From the NCBI GenBank assembly GCA_030390025.1, contig CM059449.1, positions 15,562,001-15,626,000 on the forward strand: a stretch of 64,000 nt of DNA. Reading direction: 5' to 3'. The notes beneath the pieces were generated by a model that was not told the origin of the DNA, did not search any database, and saw nothing but the letters and a program-made list of their open reading frames with translations. Position numbers and translations under genes: made by a program. Positions 48,759 through 61,600 of this stretch are shown here, piece by piece. The stretch's first letter is position 1, and each line of letters begins with the position of its first letter. This DNA comes from Squalus acanthias. Taxonomy: Eukaryota.

Positions 48759-49446
48759 TTTTTTCTCTGTCTATTACCCCCCCCCACCCTGTGTTGTTTT
48801 GCATTTTACGATTCCCTTATCACTTCTATTTGTCTTTTGATGCTTGATATTCGACCTTGCTGGCAGTTCTGCTATGTATTCCTGGCTGCATGTTGTCAGT
48901 TTCTGTTCTAAGAATTAAAACCCATCTTTGAATCTAACAGCTATTTCTTACAATTCCCTTCTTTGAGAAGGAAATAAGGGTTATTTCCTTCTCAAAGAAG
49001 GGAATTGTAAGAAATAGCTGTTAGATTCAAAGATGGGTTTTAATTCTTAGAACAGAAACTGACAACATGCAGCCAGGAATAGATAGCAGAAATGCCAGCA
49101 AGGTCGAATATCAAGCATCAAAAGACAAATAGAAGTGATAAGGGAATCGTAAAATGCAAATCTTGTATATTAGCTTTTATCTCGGCACAGACACTAATAA
49201 CTTCCATGCCGGTAAACCTTTTTTTTTCTCTGTCTATTACCCCCCCACCCTGTGTTGTTTTGCATTTTACGATTCCCTTATCACATCTATTTGTCTTTTG
49301 ATGCTTGATATTCCACCTTGCTGGCATTTCTGCTATCTATTCCTGGCTGCATGTTGTCAGTTTCTGTTCTAAGAATTAAAACCCATCTTTGAATCTAACA
49401 GCTATTTCTTACAATTCCCTTCTTTGAGAAGGAAATAACCCTTATT
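48759..49446. repeat. Direct-inverted-direct triplication with a 180-bp-arm palindrome
   Basis: Arms 48798-48977 and 48981-49160; insert 49157-49216 copied from 52710-52769; third copy ~49219-49438. Confidence 0.9.
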
Positions 49447-49689
49447 GACTTCTCACAATCGGCTCTTGACTAATCTAGCTTCTTATTGCTCTCTCTCAAC
49501 TTGGGCATTAGTTAGTAGGGAGTCTTGAAGATTTCTCCCTTCTAATAGTCCATTCCGGTGTTCCAATTCTGCCCCGCCTTTGGTATCCTCTGTTTCTTCT
49601 ATCTTTCCTGATGTTTCCCCGCCTGGAGTCTCCTCTACATTGCTTCGGATCTTCTCTTTCGATGTGCTCAATTTGTTAGTGCTGGTTAG

Positions 49690-50161
49690 TCATGGGCATG
49701 AGTACCCAATTGCTCTTGTGTATCTTACTACATAGGTTACATATATCAAATACACTATCATTACAAGTTGGAGAACTACCAGAGCGTGTGAAATAATACA
49801 AATCTAAGTGTGTGCTGATATATTAAGCCCAATTATCCCACCAGTGTGAGTTGTCCCCTATACTGTCAATTTCAATATCTATTCTCGAGTTGTCTTCCTT
49901 CAGAACATAAAAATGCTTTAGGGAGGAGTTCAGTCGCATCATGAGCTCACTGATAACTTTAGACAACAGGGGAATGTCGTATCCGAATTATGCCACATAA
50001 TTGTGCAGCTCATACTTAAGTACCTCATTTACTGTCAGTTTCACTTGAGCATAGGTTTCGATATTATGTAAAATGTGTTGGTTAACGGGACAGGTCCTGT
50101 TAGACCCGTAAAGCATGGTAGTTGCGGTAGTAGTGACACAGGAGGCACTACCAAAACCACC
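49690..50161 (-). pseudogene. Decayed C-terminus of a second, non-gamma envelope-like membrane protein
   Basis: SCVTTTATTMLYG...TCPV...LSKVISELMMRLNSSLKHFYVLKEDNSRIDIEIDSI...HWWD, then after a frameshift IISHALVVLQLVMIVYLIYVTYVVR; contains stops. Confidence 0.55.
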
Positions 50162-53100
50162 TCATACTGGATTCGCACTGGTTTTTCCCACGCTCTGTTA
50201 CCTACAAAACACAATTATTACAGTCACAGTTAAATTCAGTCTTACAATTTCAAGCAACATTACAGTTTAACATCTAATCAACAAATCATGGACTTAAAAG
50301 ATTCTCCAGATCTCTTTTTTACTCGTATCCATCTTGTGGATAATTCTTGTTAAACATGATTTCTCCTTAGCCCTCAATTGTCTCAATCCAGATTCCATGT
50401 AACTCTCCACTTCAACTTCAATTTCAATCCTTCTAACAGGTACCAGTGTGTTTAACTCTATTCTGATTGTTTCATTAATTAGATAGTTTCTCGATGGAGT
50501 ATGTGTCAATGCTTTAAAAGTTGTCTCGCTCTCCAGAGCCACATTAACCATTTCATGTCTTGCTGTTGTCAAGTAACTGAGCATGTCTGAGACCCGTTCT
50601 TCAGTGCAAATTCAACATACATTTCCAGATGGTAATCGCTTCATACATAACAAATCACATTTGCACACTCATACCGGTATCTCAATATCGTGCCACATGT
50701 GCCCCTCTCGGGCTCCCAGGCATCTTATCAAAAGATTGTCTTTGTTCATCTTCCTCTGCATGGTCCCGATATCTTGGATAGTGGCCAGGCTATCAAATTC
50801 AGTTTTCTTAAAAGTTCATTATAGGCAGGGACACAAATGTCTCCAAGAGAAAGCTAACAATTTACTATTCTTAGCTACACTTTCCTGACTTTCACTAACA
50901 AGTTTTTTTTAAATTCCCATTCAGCAGTGTAATTTCTCCTGTTTCTATCTTACACATCCCATTAATTACCATTCATATCTCATTCATGAGCCCTGGAGTA
51001 ACTTTACTGTCCAGTATAATATTTAAGATTGAAAACATAGATCAAACATTCTCACTAGGTCCAAGTTACTAACACTTTTTATTTATCATTATTTTAGAGG
51101 ATCTGTTATTTTCCCAAAAGTAACCCAATATATAGTGCCTGAGTCCATTTTGTTATTACAAAATTATCCCAAAATCCAAACAGCAGTACTGTTGAACTGA
51201 TAGGTTTTGTCAATGTTCAATTTCATTTCTATCAATTTATCCTCCATTTCCAATTTCAGAAACAAGTGATTCACAGGCTAGGTGGCTTGCACAGTGTTTT
51301 AACATTAGAGACAGAAGTGCTGCAATTAGTTTACAAGGTAACTTCCATATAACAAAAGAAAGAAGAGACTCCATTGTGACTCTACTTAGAGCCCAAGGGG
51401 TTAATTTATCAAATCATAATTTTCCTTCTGTCACTGTGGGGACATATTAACTTAAAATTAAGAAACTTATATTTAATAATGTCCAATATCTTTAAATTTC
51501 ATACTAAAGTTGTTGCTCGATGAACTTAATCAGCTGTCAGTGGAAAGGGTTAACTACTTTGCAGGTTTTTTTAAGAAGGTGAGCAAAACATTATCAGGCG
51601 CACGCAATTGCGTCACTTCACGTAAATTAAAAAAAACTTTCCCGATCCAAAAAAGCAGTTGTGTTTTCACACTTTAACTAAACACGAACAGAACAGATAA
51701 AACAAAACAAAATAGCACATGCTTGCAGAACTAGTAAATTACATCATATTTCTTATTGTCCTTTCTTCAGATGTCTTTCCAAAATACTATAACTATAAAT
51801 TAGTTTTTCACATTTAAGCAATTCAAATCAAATTGCTTTGGAAGATTTCACCATAGCAACCGCGACTCCAAGGTTAAATCTTAGACCGAAACTTATTCTT
51901 TTGTTAAACAAACTTTTTTTGTTGTTCTTCTCAGTTTTTACACACCAGCTTAACTTAAATTGTAATTCAAATTAGTTTTGTTTTCTAATTCTTGGGGCAC
52001 TTTCCCTGCAAAGTCTGATATAAAATTCCTGTCTATCCCTGACAGTAAAGGCGAATTTCCTTGTGATTCTCTGCCAATGGTATGGACCAGAACCCGTTCT
52101 GTATCCAAGACTGTAAATATTTCAAAATCTGGTTTCAGACCATTAAATATCTTATTCAATGCGGTCTACACAAATTTACACCAACCAGAATTTCACCGTG
52201 CACAATGAAAGTCTGGTTTTTAATAGGTTAATTAACCTCAATAATTCCAATTCAATCCAGATCAATTTTTTTTAAAACTAACCAGTGTCAGTTGGAAAAG
52301 AAACCATAGTCACATTTAACAAAGAAACAATTACCATGCCTTGTAAACATTAAAATTAATTTTCTTTCCAGGCACATTGGCAACTGTGACTTCAAGGCTG
52401 AAGCTTATACCTCTTTTGTAAAACAATTAACAAACTTAAAACAACAACGCTTGAGTATCATTCAAGACAAGTCTTCAAAGAGTTAAAAAACAGCTTTTAG
52501 CTCTCTGTACAAAAGAGTGGGTGGAGCTAAAACATAAACAAAATGATTAACACCCTTTTTTTTAGGCAGAACTTTTTTTCTCAAGGACAAAATAACACTG
52601 TAACTTAACAAACTTAAACATTCACACAATCAGGAATCTTTTACACTTTTCACACACACTTTCACACAACTGAGATCCCAGTATTCCTTTTAAGATTCCT
52701 TTCACTCAACAAATCTTGTATATTAGCTTTTATCTCGGCACAGACACTAATAACTTCCATGCCGGTAAAACTTTTCTCAGCAGCTTTTCCTGGCTTTCCA
52801 AATCCCTTTTTTTTGCTTTGAGTTTCAGATTTCAATTCTGGTCCTTCGGTGTTGCGGAACCTGCTTGCTCCATTAAGAGGGAAACTTTATTCTTTTGGTC
52901 CCTATTTGTCTAACTTCATTTTGTTTAGCCAATTTACTCACGGGGTCTTTTCTCTTATTTTTAATGTCAGATCTACTGGCTTGTATACTACGGTCCTTAC
53001 GCCTTTCTGCTTCCTTTTTCCAGTCTGAAAAGGCTGACCAATTTACTGACTTTTTTTTGTGGGTCTCTATTTGCGAGACAGTCCTCTAGACATGTAATTC

Positions 53101-53844
53101 TTCTATTCTTAGTAAAGTTTTAATTATACTAGGCACTCTTCTTCTTCTAAATCGCAAGTTTTACCCTTTACCCCCTTACGATTATTTCTGACCATCCAAT
53201 TCTATTACAAGACGATAACAAGAACTAACAACAATCAAGACAATTATAAGTAATGCAAAAAAAGCCCAAATAGGCAAACAAATCAAATAATTAAACATTT
53301 AACCTTATACTTTAAACTAAACAAATAGTCAATTCTCAGTTTTGCATTGTTCTTCATTACAAACTGAATCCTTAACATTTAACTTATACTCTATACTCTG
53401 CCGTGAGATTCTCAATAGTCAATTCTCAGTTATCTTTTCACAGCTCAAGGGCCCCACCCTTGATACTGCAGTTTTATTTCCTGGTACCATTTATACTGCA
53501 GCTTTCGCTGCTCAAGGACAAGGGACCCACCCTTGAGACTGCAGTTTTAATCCGGGATACAACCCTGTCGACTTTTTCCCTTGCCTTCTTTGCCCGACAG
53601 TATTTTTTTAAATTTCCTTCCCTTTTTTTTTCCAATTTGTCTAAATCAAAAGCTGCAAGATTCAACTCAAATCTAAACAAAAGTCTTAACAATCGCAGTG
53701 TACCTGTCGGAAGAAACAGACATACACCATTCAGGATCTAATGAGAAATCCCTTTTTTTTGTGATGAAAAATCACTGTGGCCATAGGATTTGTCACTAGA
53801 AATTCATGATGCCTTGTCCGTGACTTACCGAAAGATAGCAAGCA

Positions 53845-53862
53845 ATCTCGGTGGGACCTCCA
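53845..53862 (-). promoter_or_regulatory. Primer binding site, tRNA-Gln
   Basis: TGGAGGTCCCACCGAGAT, complementary to the tRNA-Gln 3' end. A candidate major splice donor CG|GTAAGT follows at ~53823-53830. Confidence 0.9.
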
Positions 53863-53868
53863 AGAAAC

Positions 53869-54389
53869 TGTCGAAGTTTCGACTTCCGATTCAAGACTCT
53901 TGTAAACAATATCGTCAAAGAAGGCTTTTTATTATATTTTACTTGCAAGGAGACTGCAACCATAGCCCAATTAGCTATGATGACAGACTGCCGAATCACA
54001 GAAAATGGAGTATTCTTATACAGTATAATATCACATGACATGTTGTTTAAGGTAAGCTAAGTTAACAATTAGAAAAAACACATTAGAAATGCCTTACAAT
54101 GAGACTAGCTAATCTCTATAAAATGGAGTCTATCTATTTTACTTCTCTCACCAAGGCCAAGGCGCCTGGTTTGTTTACTTTACTAGCCCTTGGTCATCTC
54201 AATATTAAGCCTGTTTACTTTTGTGCAGGCAGACTTTTGCTGACAGCATAGTCTAAGACTTTAAAGTTATTTTCAGAAAAGAACATAACAATGGATTTTT
54301 TCCCTTTTCCACACAAGTCAGAGTCGGCCATTTTATTAGTTTAAATTCAAGGAAACCATTTTGTCCGAGACAAAAACTGCACTTCCACA
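53869..54389 (-). repeat. 5' LTR
   Basis: Matches 46018-46538 with about 7 substitutions counted by eye. Confidence 0.95.
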
Positions 54390-55609
54390 GGTCCCCCTTA
54401 CGGACTGAGCGGAGGTGTCCCACAAAGCGGTCACCCAATTTGCGTTTGGTCTCCCCAATGTAGAGGAGATCGCATCATGAGCAGCAAATACAGTATACAT
54501 CAAACCAGTGAACATTCTCCATCGTGCGGGGAGTAAAGTGATGGCTTCAAACTCAAAATGCCTCCATGGTGACTCACTGGAGTAAAGGTTCAGAACCAAA
54601 GTAACTATGTTACAGCCTAAGTAATGGGATAGCTGAGCCAGAATTAACCACCGGGCCCAACCTGCCATCTGCTGACATTGACAGATGCACAATATTCGGC
54701 AGGGGAAGCCCTCCTTAGTTGATTAGCTTCCGTCGATCATTGTCCGGGCTCACAGATGAAGATGGCCACTAAGGATTACCACCTGTGGAACAATAGGCAA
54801 CCCGTTACTCAGCTCCTTCAGCGGGATGGCAGGGGGTCAATTATGTAAATAGCTTCATGAGATATTTCTTGCCCCCTAAATTTCCTGTATCAATCTAATC
54901 GAAATCACCAAAAGCAAGCTCTTTTTTTCTGTTGGCCGCGTTTGCTTTTCCAGACGTTTAATATTTACAGAGAGAATTGTTGTTCTTTTTTCACTGACTT
55001 GTTTTCTGTGCAGAATGTGGCTCATCTGCAGGTTACTAAAGTTCATGCCGAGTGTGCTATTCTGCACGTAGCTTCATGTGTTCAGCCGGATTCACACTAA
55101 CACCGAAACTCTGCAACAAAGCACTTGAGTCAAAGGCCGAATCTATGAAAGACACTGAGCCTCGTTCAAAACCTAAAGCTGGAATCCAATGTGTTAGAAA
55201 AGTGTTAGGTTGCAAAAATGTGTGTTGCTGTTTCTTAATTGCAGTCACTTAATTTAAGCAACGAGAACCATTCGTCAACTTGACTCGACACTGCACGATG
55301 CTAAGGAAAGCCTGAGTGAACTCCATCCCAGTCTGTGGTCAGCTCCATCCTCATTTTAGATAGCATCATAACGTGGAAGAAAGATACCAACAGACCAAAA
55401 TCCACCGCAACTGCCTAAAATTCAGACATTACGCCTGGGCCTTAAATTTACAAATAAAATATAAGGAAACTTACCACCTTCACGTGCAACCATTGTATAT
55501 GTCTTTTCAGGAAGATGTTAACTTTTTTACTTTAAAAAAACTTCAAGGACTCCAATAAAATGACAAGCAAGAGAAATTGATAATATAGAGCGAAGATTTC
55601 AGTCTTTTA

Positions 55610-58600
55610 GAATCAGAAACATTTACGGCACAGAAGGGGGCCATACGCCGCATCATGTCTGTGCTGGTTTAAATAGAGCTCACCAGCCGAATCCCACTTT
55701 CCTGCTCTTGGTCCGTAGCCTTGTAGATTACAGCACTTCAAGTACATATCCAACTATTATTTAAATGTGACGAGGGTTTCTGCCTCTACCACCCGGTCAG
55801 ACATTGAGCTCCAGACCTCCAACACCGTCTGGGTGAAAAAAGTTCGCCTCAACTCCCATCTAAACATCCCATCAATTACTTTAAATCTATGCCCCCCTGG
55901 TTATTGACCTCTCTGCTAGGGGAAATAGGTCCTCCATATCCACTCTATCTAGGCCCCTCATAATTTTATATATCTCAATCAAGTCTCCAGTCAGCCTCCT
56001 CTGTTCCAAAGAAAACAGTCCCAGCCTATGCAAACTTTCCTCATAGCTAAAACTCTCCAGCCCTGGCAGCATCCTCGTAAATCTCTTCTGTACCCACTCT
56101 AATGCAATGACACCTTTCCTGTAATATGGTGAATATAACTGTACACAGTATTCTAGCTGTGGCCTAGTTAAAGTTTTATATAGTTCAAGCCTAACCTCCC
56201 TGCTCTGATATTCTATGCCTCAGCTAATAAAGGAAAGTATCCTGTATGCCTGTCCTGCTATTTTCAGGGACCTCTGGGCATGCATTCCAAGTTCCCTCGG
56301 TTCCTCTATGCATCTCAGTATTCTACAAATTAATGTGTATTCCTTTGCCTTATTAGCACTCCCCAAGTGCATCATACTTCTCCAGATTTTACTTATTCCT
56401 TCACAGGATGTGGGCATTGCTGGGAAGGCCAGCATTTATTGCACATCCCCCAATTGCCCTCGCGAAGGTGGCGTTGAGTTGCCTTTTTGAATAAGTGGCT
56501 TGCTAGGCCATTTCAGAGGGCAGTTAAGAGCCTACCACATTTCATTGGATCTGGAGTCACATTTGGCCAGACTAGATAAGGACGGCAGATTTCCTTCACT
56601 AAAGGGCATTAGTGAACCAGATGGGTTTTTACGACAATCTGGTAGTTTCATGTAATTTTTGTAATTCATTGAAGCTGCAGTGGTGGTGATAGGAACTCAT
56701 ATCTCCGGATCATTAGTCCAGGCGCCTGAATTACTAGATCAGTAACATAACCATTATGGTACCAAACCCCCAATTCCATTTGCCACTTTTCTGCCCAGCT
56801 GATCAGTCGATTGATATATTGCTGCATTCTACAGCTTTCATCCTCATTATCAACCAAACGGCCAATTTTTGTATCATCTGCAAATTTCTTCATCATGCCC
56901 CTTACATTGAAGTCTATATCGATTATATTTTTAATGTAGTATCGCTGCAAGATAGTAATTCTTTCCAAGTAATTGATTAACATTCTCTTAATCAAGGTGT
57001 ATAAAATTATGAGGGGACTAGATAGAGTGGATAGGAAGGACCTATTTCCCTTAGCAGAAGGGACAATAACCATGGGACACAGATTTATAGTAATTGGTAG
57101 AAGGATTAGGGAGGAGTTGAGGAGAATGCTATCACCCAGAGGGTGGTGGGGATCTGGAACTCACTGCCTGAAAGGGTGGTAGAGGCAGAAACACTCATCA
57201 CATTTAAACTGTACTTGGATATACCTGAGAAGAGCTGTAACCAACAGGGCTACGGACGAAGAGCTGGAAAGTGCGATTAGGCTGCAGAGCTGGTTTCGGC
57301 CGGGCAGTCAGGATGGGCCGAATGGCCTCCTTCTGTGCCATAAACCTCTATGATTATAAAAAGCCTATATTTGTGAAGGAGGAGGGATGGTCCTGGTTAT
57401 GTCAAGCTTATGGATTTTTAACAAGCTGCAAGACGACCATTCTTGACTTGTTTCTAAGTTCAGCAGCTCCTTACAGAGCCGTGTTGCTATTGCAAAACAT
57501 AAACAGGAAACGCTGAAAGTGCTCAACATGTCAGTCGACATAGAATCATAGAATCATAGAAAGTAACAGCACGGAAGGAGGCCATTTCGGCCCATCGGGT
57601 CCGCACCGGCCAACAAAGAGCTATCCAGCCTAATCCCACTTCCCAGCTCTTGGTCCGTAGCCCTGCAGATCACAGCACCACACGTACACATCCAAGTACT
57701 TTTTAAATGTGGTTAGGGTTCCTGCCTCTACCACCCTTTCAGGCAGTCAGTTCCAGACCCACACAACCCACTAGGTGAAGAAATTTCCCCTCAAATCCCC
57801 TCTAAAATTCCACTAATTACTGTAAATCAGTGCCCCTTGGTTTTTGACCCCTCTGCTGAGGGAAATAGGTCCTTTCTATCCACTTTATCTGTGCCCCTCA
57901 AAATTTTATCCATCTCAATAAGGTCTGCCCTCAGCCTCCTCAGTTCCAAGGAAAACAGACCCAGCCTATCCAGTCTTTCCTCATAGCTAAGATTCTCTGC
58001 TCCCGGCAACATCCTTGTAAATCTCCTCTGAAAACTCTCTAGTGCAATCACATCTTTCCTGTAATGAGGTGACCAGAACTGCGCGCAGTAATCTAGCTGA
58101 GGCCTAACTGTGTTTCATACAGTTGAAGTATAACCCCCCTGCTCTTGTTTTCTATGCCACGGCTAATAAAGGCAAGCATTCCGTATGCCTTCTTAACTAC
58201 CTTATCAACCTCGCCTGCTACCTTCAGGGATGTGTGGGCATGCATTCTAAGGTCCCTCTGTTCCTCTATGCTTCTCAGTATCCTACTATTTAATGTGTAT
58301 TCCTTTGGCTTATTAGCACACCCCAAGTGCATCATACTTCTCCAGATTTTTTCTTATTCCTTCACAGGATATGCGCATTGCTGGGAATGCCAGCAATTAT
58401 TGCCCATCACCCAATTGCCTTGCGACGGTGGCGGTGAGTTGCCTTCTTGATTAACTGGCTTGCTAGGCCATTTCAGAGGTCAGTTAACAGCCTACCACAT
58501 TTATGCGGGTCTGGAGTCACATATAGGCCAGATTAGGTCAGGACGGCAGATATCCTTCCCTAAAGGACATTAGTGAACCAGATGGGTTTTTACGACAATC

Positions 58601-61600
58601 TGGTAGTTTCATGCAATTAGTGTAATTCATTTAAATTAAATTCTTCCGCTGCAGTGGTGGAGATATGAACTCATATCTTCGGATCATCTGTCCAGGCCTC
58701 TGAATTACTAGACCAGTAATATAACCATTATGTTACCGTGCCCCCAATTCCATTTGCCACTTTTCTGCCCAGCTGAACAGCCATTGATATATTCCTGCAT
58801 TCTAGAGCTTTCATCCTCATTATCAATCAAACGGCCAATTTTTGTATCATTTGCAAACATCTTCATCATGCCCCTTACTTGAAGTCTATATCGATTCTAT
58901 CTTTTAATGTAGTATCGCTGCAAGATAGTAATTGTTTCCAAGTAATTGATTAACATTCTCTGAATCAAGGTGTATAAAATTATGAGAGGCCTCGATAGAG
59001 TGGATAGGAAGGACCTATTTCCCTTAGCAGAAGGGTCAGTAACCAGGGGCCATAGATTTAAATTAATTGGTAGAAGGATTAGGGAAGATTTGAGGAGAAT
59101 GCTTTCACCCAGCGGGTGGTGGGGATCTGGAACTCACTGCCTGAAAGGGTGGTAGAGGCAGAAACCCTCATGGCATTTAAACTGTACATGGATATACACT
59201 AGAAGTGCTGTAACCTACAGGGCTACGGACCAAGAGCTGGAAAGTGGGATTAGGCTGGAGAGCTGTTTTTCGGCCGGCACAGTCAGTTTGGGACGAATGG
59301 CCTCCTTCTGTACCATAAACTTCTATGATTTTAAGAAGCCTATATTTGCGAAGGAGGAGGGTTGCTCCTGGTTATGTCAAGCTTATGGATTTTTAACGAG
59401 CTGCAAGACGACCATTCTTGACTTGATTCTAAGTTCAGCACCTCCTTACAGAGCCGTGTTGCTATTGCGAAACATAAACAGGAAACGCTGAAAGTGCTCA
59501 GCATGTCAGTCGACATAGAATCATAGAATCATAGAAAGTAACAGCACGGAAGGAGGCCATTTCGGCCCATCGTGTCCGCACCGGCCAACAAAGAGCTATC
59601 CAGCCTAATCCCACTTCCCAGCTCTTGGTCCGTAGCCCTGCAGATTACAGCACCCCACGTGCACATCCAAGTACATTTTAAATGTTGTTAGGGTTCCTGT
59701 CTCTACCACCCTTTCAGACAGTCAGTTCCAGACCCACACAACCCACTGAGTGAAGAAATTTCCCCTCAAATCCCCTCTAAAATTTCCACTAATTACTGTA
59801 AATCAGTGCCCCTTGGTTTTAGACCCCTCTGCTGAGGGAAATGGGTCCTTTCTATCCACTTTATCTGTGCCCCTCAACATTTTATCCATCTCAATAAGGT
59901 CTGCCCTCAGCCTCCTCTGTTCCAAGTAAAACAGACTCAGCCTATCCAGTCTTTCCTCCTGGCTAAGATTCTCTACTCCCGGCAACATCCTTGTAAATCT
60001 CCTCTGAAAACTCTCTAGTGCAATCACATCTTTCCTGTACTGTGGTGACCAGAACTGCACGCAGTAATCTAGCTGAGGCCTAACTGTGTTTCATACAGTT
60101 GAAGTATAACCCCCCTGCTCTTGTTTTGTATGCCACGGCTAATAAAGGCAAGCATTCCGTATGCCTTCTTAAACACCTTATCAACCTCGCCTGCTATCTT
60201 CAGGGATGTGTGGGCATGCATTCCAAGGTCCCTCTGTTCCTCTATGCTTCTCAGTATCCAACTATTTAATGTGTATTCCTTTGCTTTATTAGCACGCCCC
60301 AAGTGCATCATACTTCTCCAGATTTTTTTTTATTGCTTCACAGGATGTGCGCATTGCTGGGAAGGCCAGCAGTTATTGCCCATCCCCCAATTGCCTTGCG
60401 ACGGTGGCGGTGAGTTGCCTTCTTGATTAAGTGGCTTGCTAGGCCATTTCAGAGGTCAGTTAAGAGCTTACCACATGTCTGTGGGTCTGGAGTCACATAT
60501 ATGCCAGATTAGGTCAGGACGGCAGATTTCCTTCCCTGAAGGACATTAGTGAACCAGATGGGTTTTTACGACAATCTGGTAGTTTCATGTAATTAGTGTA
60601 ATTCATTTAATTTAAATTCTTCAGCTGCAGTGGTGGAGATATGAACTCATATCTTCGGATCATTTGTCCAGGCCTCTGAAGTACTAGACCAGTAACATAA
60701 CCATTATGGTACCGTACCCCCAATTCCATTTGCCACTTTTCTGCCCAGCTGAACAGCCATTGATATATTCCTGCATTCTACAGCTTTCATCCTCATTATC
60801 AATCAAACGGCCAATTTTTGTATCATTTGCAAACATCTTCATTATGCCCCTTACTTGAAGTCTATATCGATTCTATCTTTTAATGTACTTTCGCTGCAAG
60901 ATAGTAATTGTTTCCAATAATTGATTAACATTCTCGGAATCAAGGTGTATAAAATTATGAGAGGCCTCGATAGAGTGCATAGGAAGGACCTATTTCCCTC
61001 AGCAGAAGGGTCAATAACCAGGGGCCATAGATTTAAATTAATTGGTAGAAGGATTAGGGAGGATTTGAGGAGAATGCTTTCACCCAGAGGCTGGTGGGGA
61101 TCTGGAACTCACTGCCTGAAAGGGTGGTAGAGGCAGAAACCCTCATGGCATTTAAACTGTACTTGGATATACACTAGAAGTGCTGAAACCTACAGGGCTA
61201 CGGACCAAGAGCTGGAAAGTGGGATTAGACTTGAGAGCTGTTTTTCGGCCGGCACAGTCAGTTTGGGACGAATGGCCTCCTTTTTTACCATAAACTTCTA
61301 TGATTATAAGAAGCCTATAGTTGTGAAGGAGGAGTGATTGTCCTGGTTATGTCAAGCTTATGGATTTTTAACGAGCTGCAAGACGACCATTCTTGACTTG
61401 ATTCTAAGATCAGCACCTCCTTACAGAGCCGTGTTGCTATTGCGAAACATAAACAGGAAACGCTGAAAGTGCTCAGCATGTCAGTCGACATAGAATCATA
61501 GAAAGTAACAGCACGGAAGGAGGCCATTTCGGCCCATCGTGTCCGCACCGGCCAACAAAGAGCTATCCAGCCTAATCCCACTTCCCAGCTCTTGGTCCGT

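Larger units (their letters stand above)
46018..54389 (-). mobile_element. Defective class I (gamma/epsilon-like) endogenous retrovirus provirus
   Basis: Two 521-bp TG...CA LTRs, GGTC TSD (46014-46017, 54390-54393), PBS, PPT, integrase and env remnants; no recognisable PR/RT/RNase H. Confidence 0.95.

Noticed and set aside
55013-55070. Strong plus-strand acceptor ttgttttctgtgcag
   Set aside because: No convincing reading frame or link to a gene model.
58905-58930. Second micro-exon candidate in array units (tgtag|TATCGCTGCAAGATA|gtaatt)
   Set aside because: The acceptor is lost in the copy near 60887 and the donor is weak.
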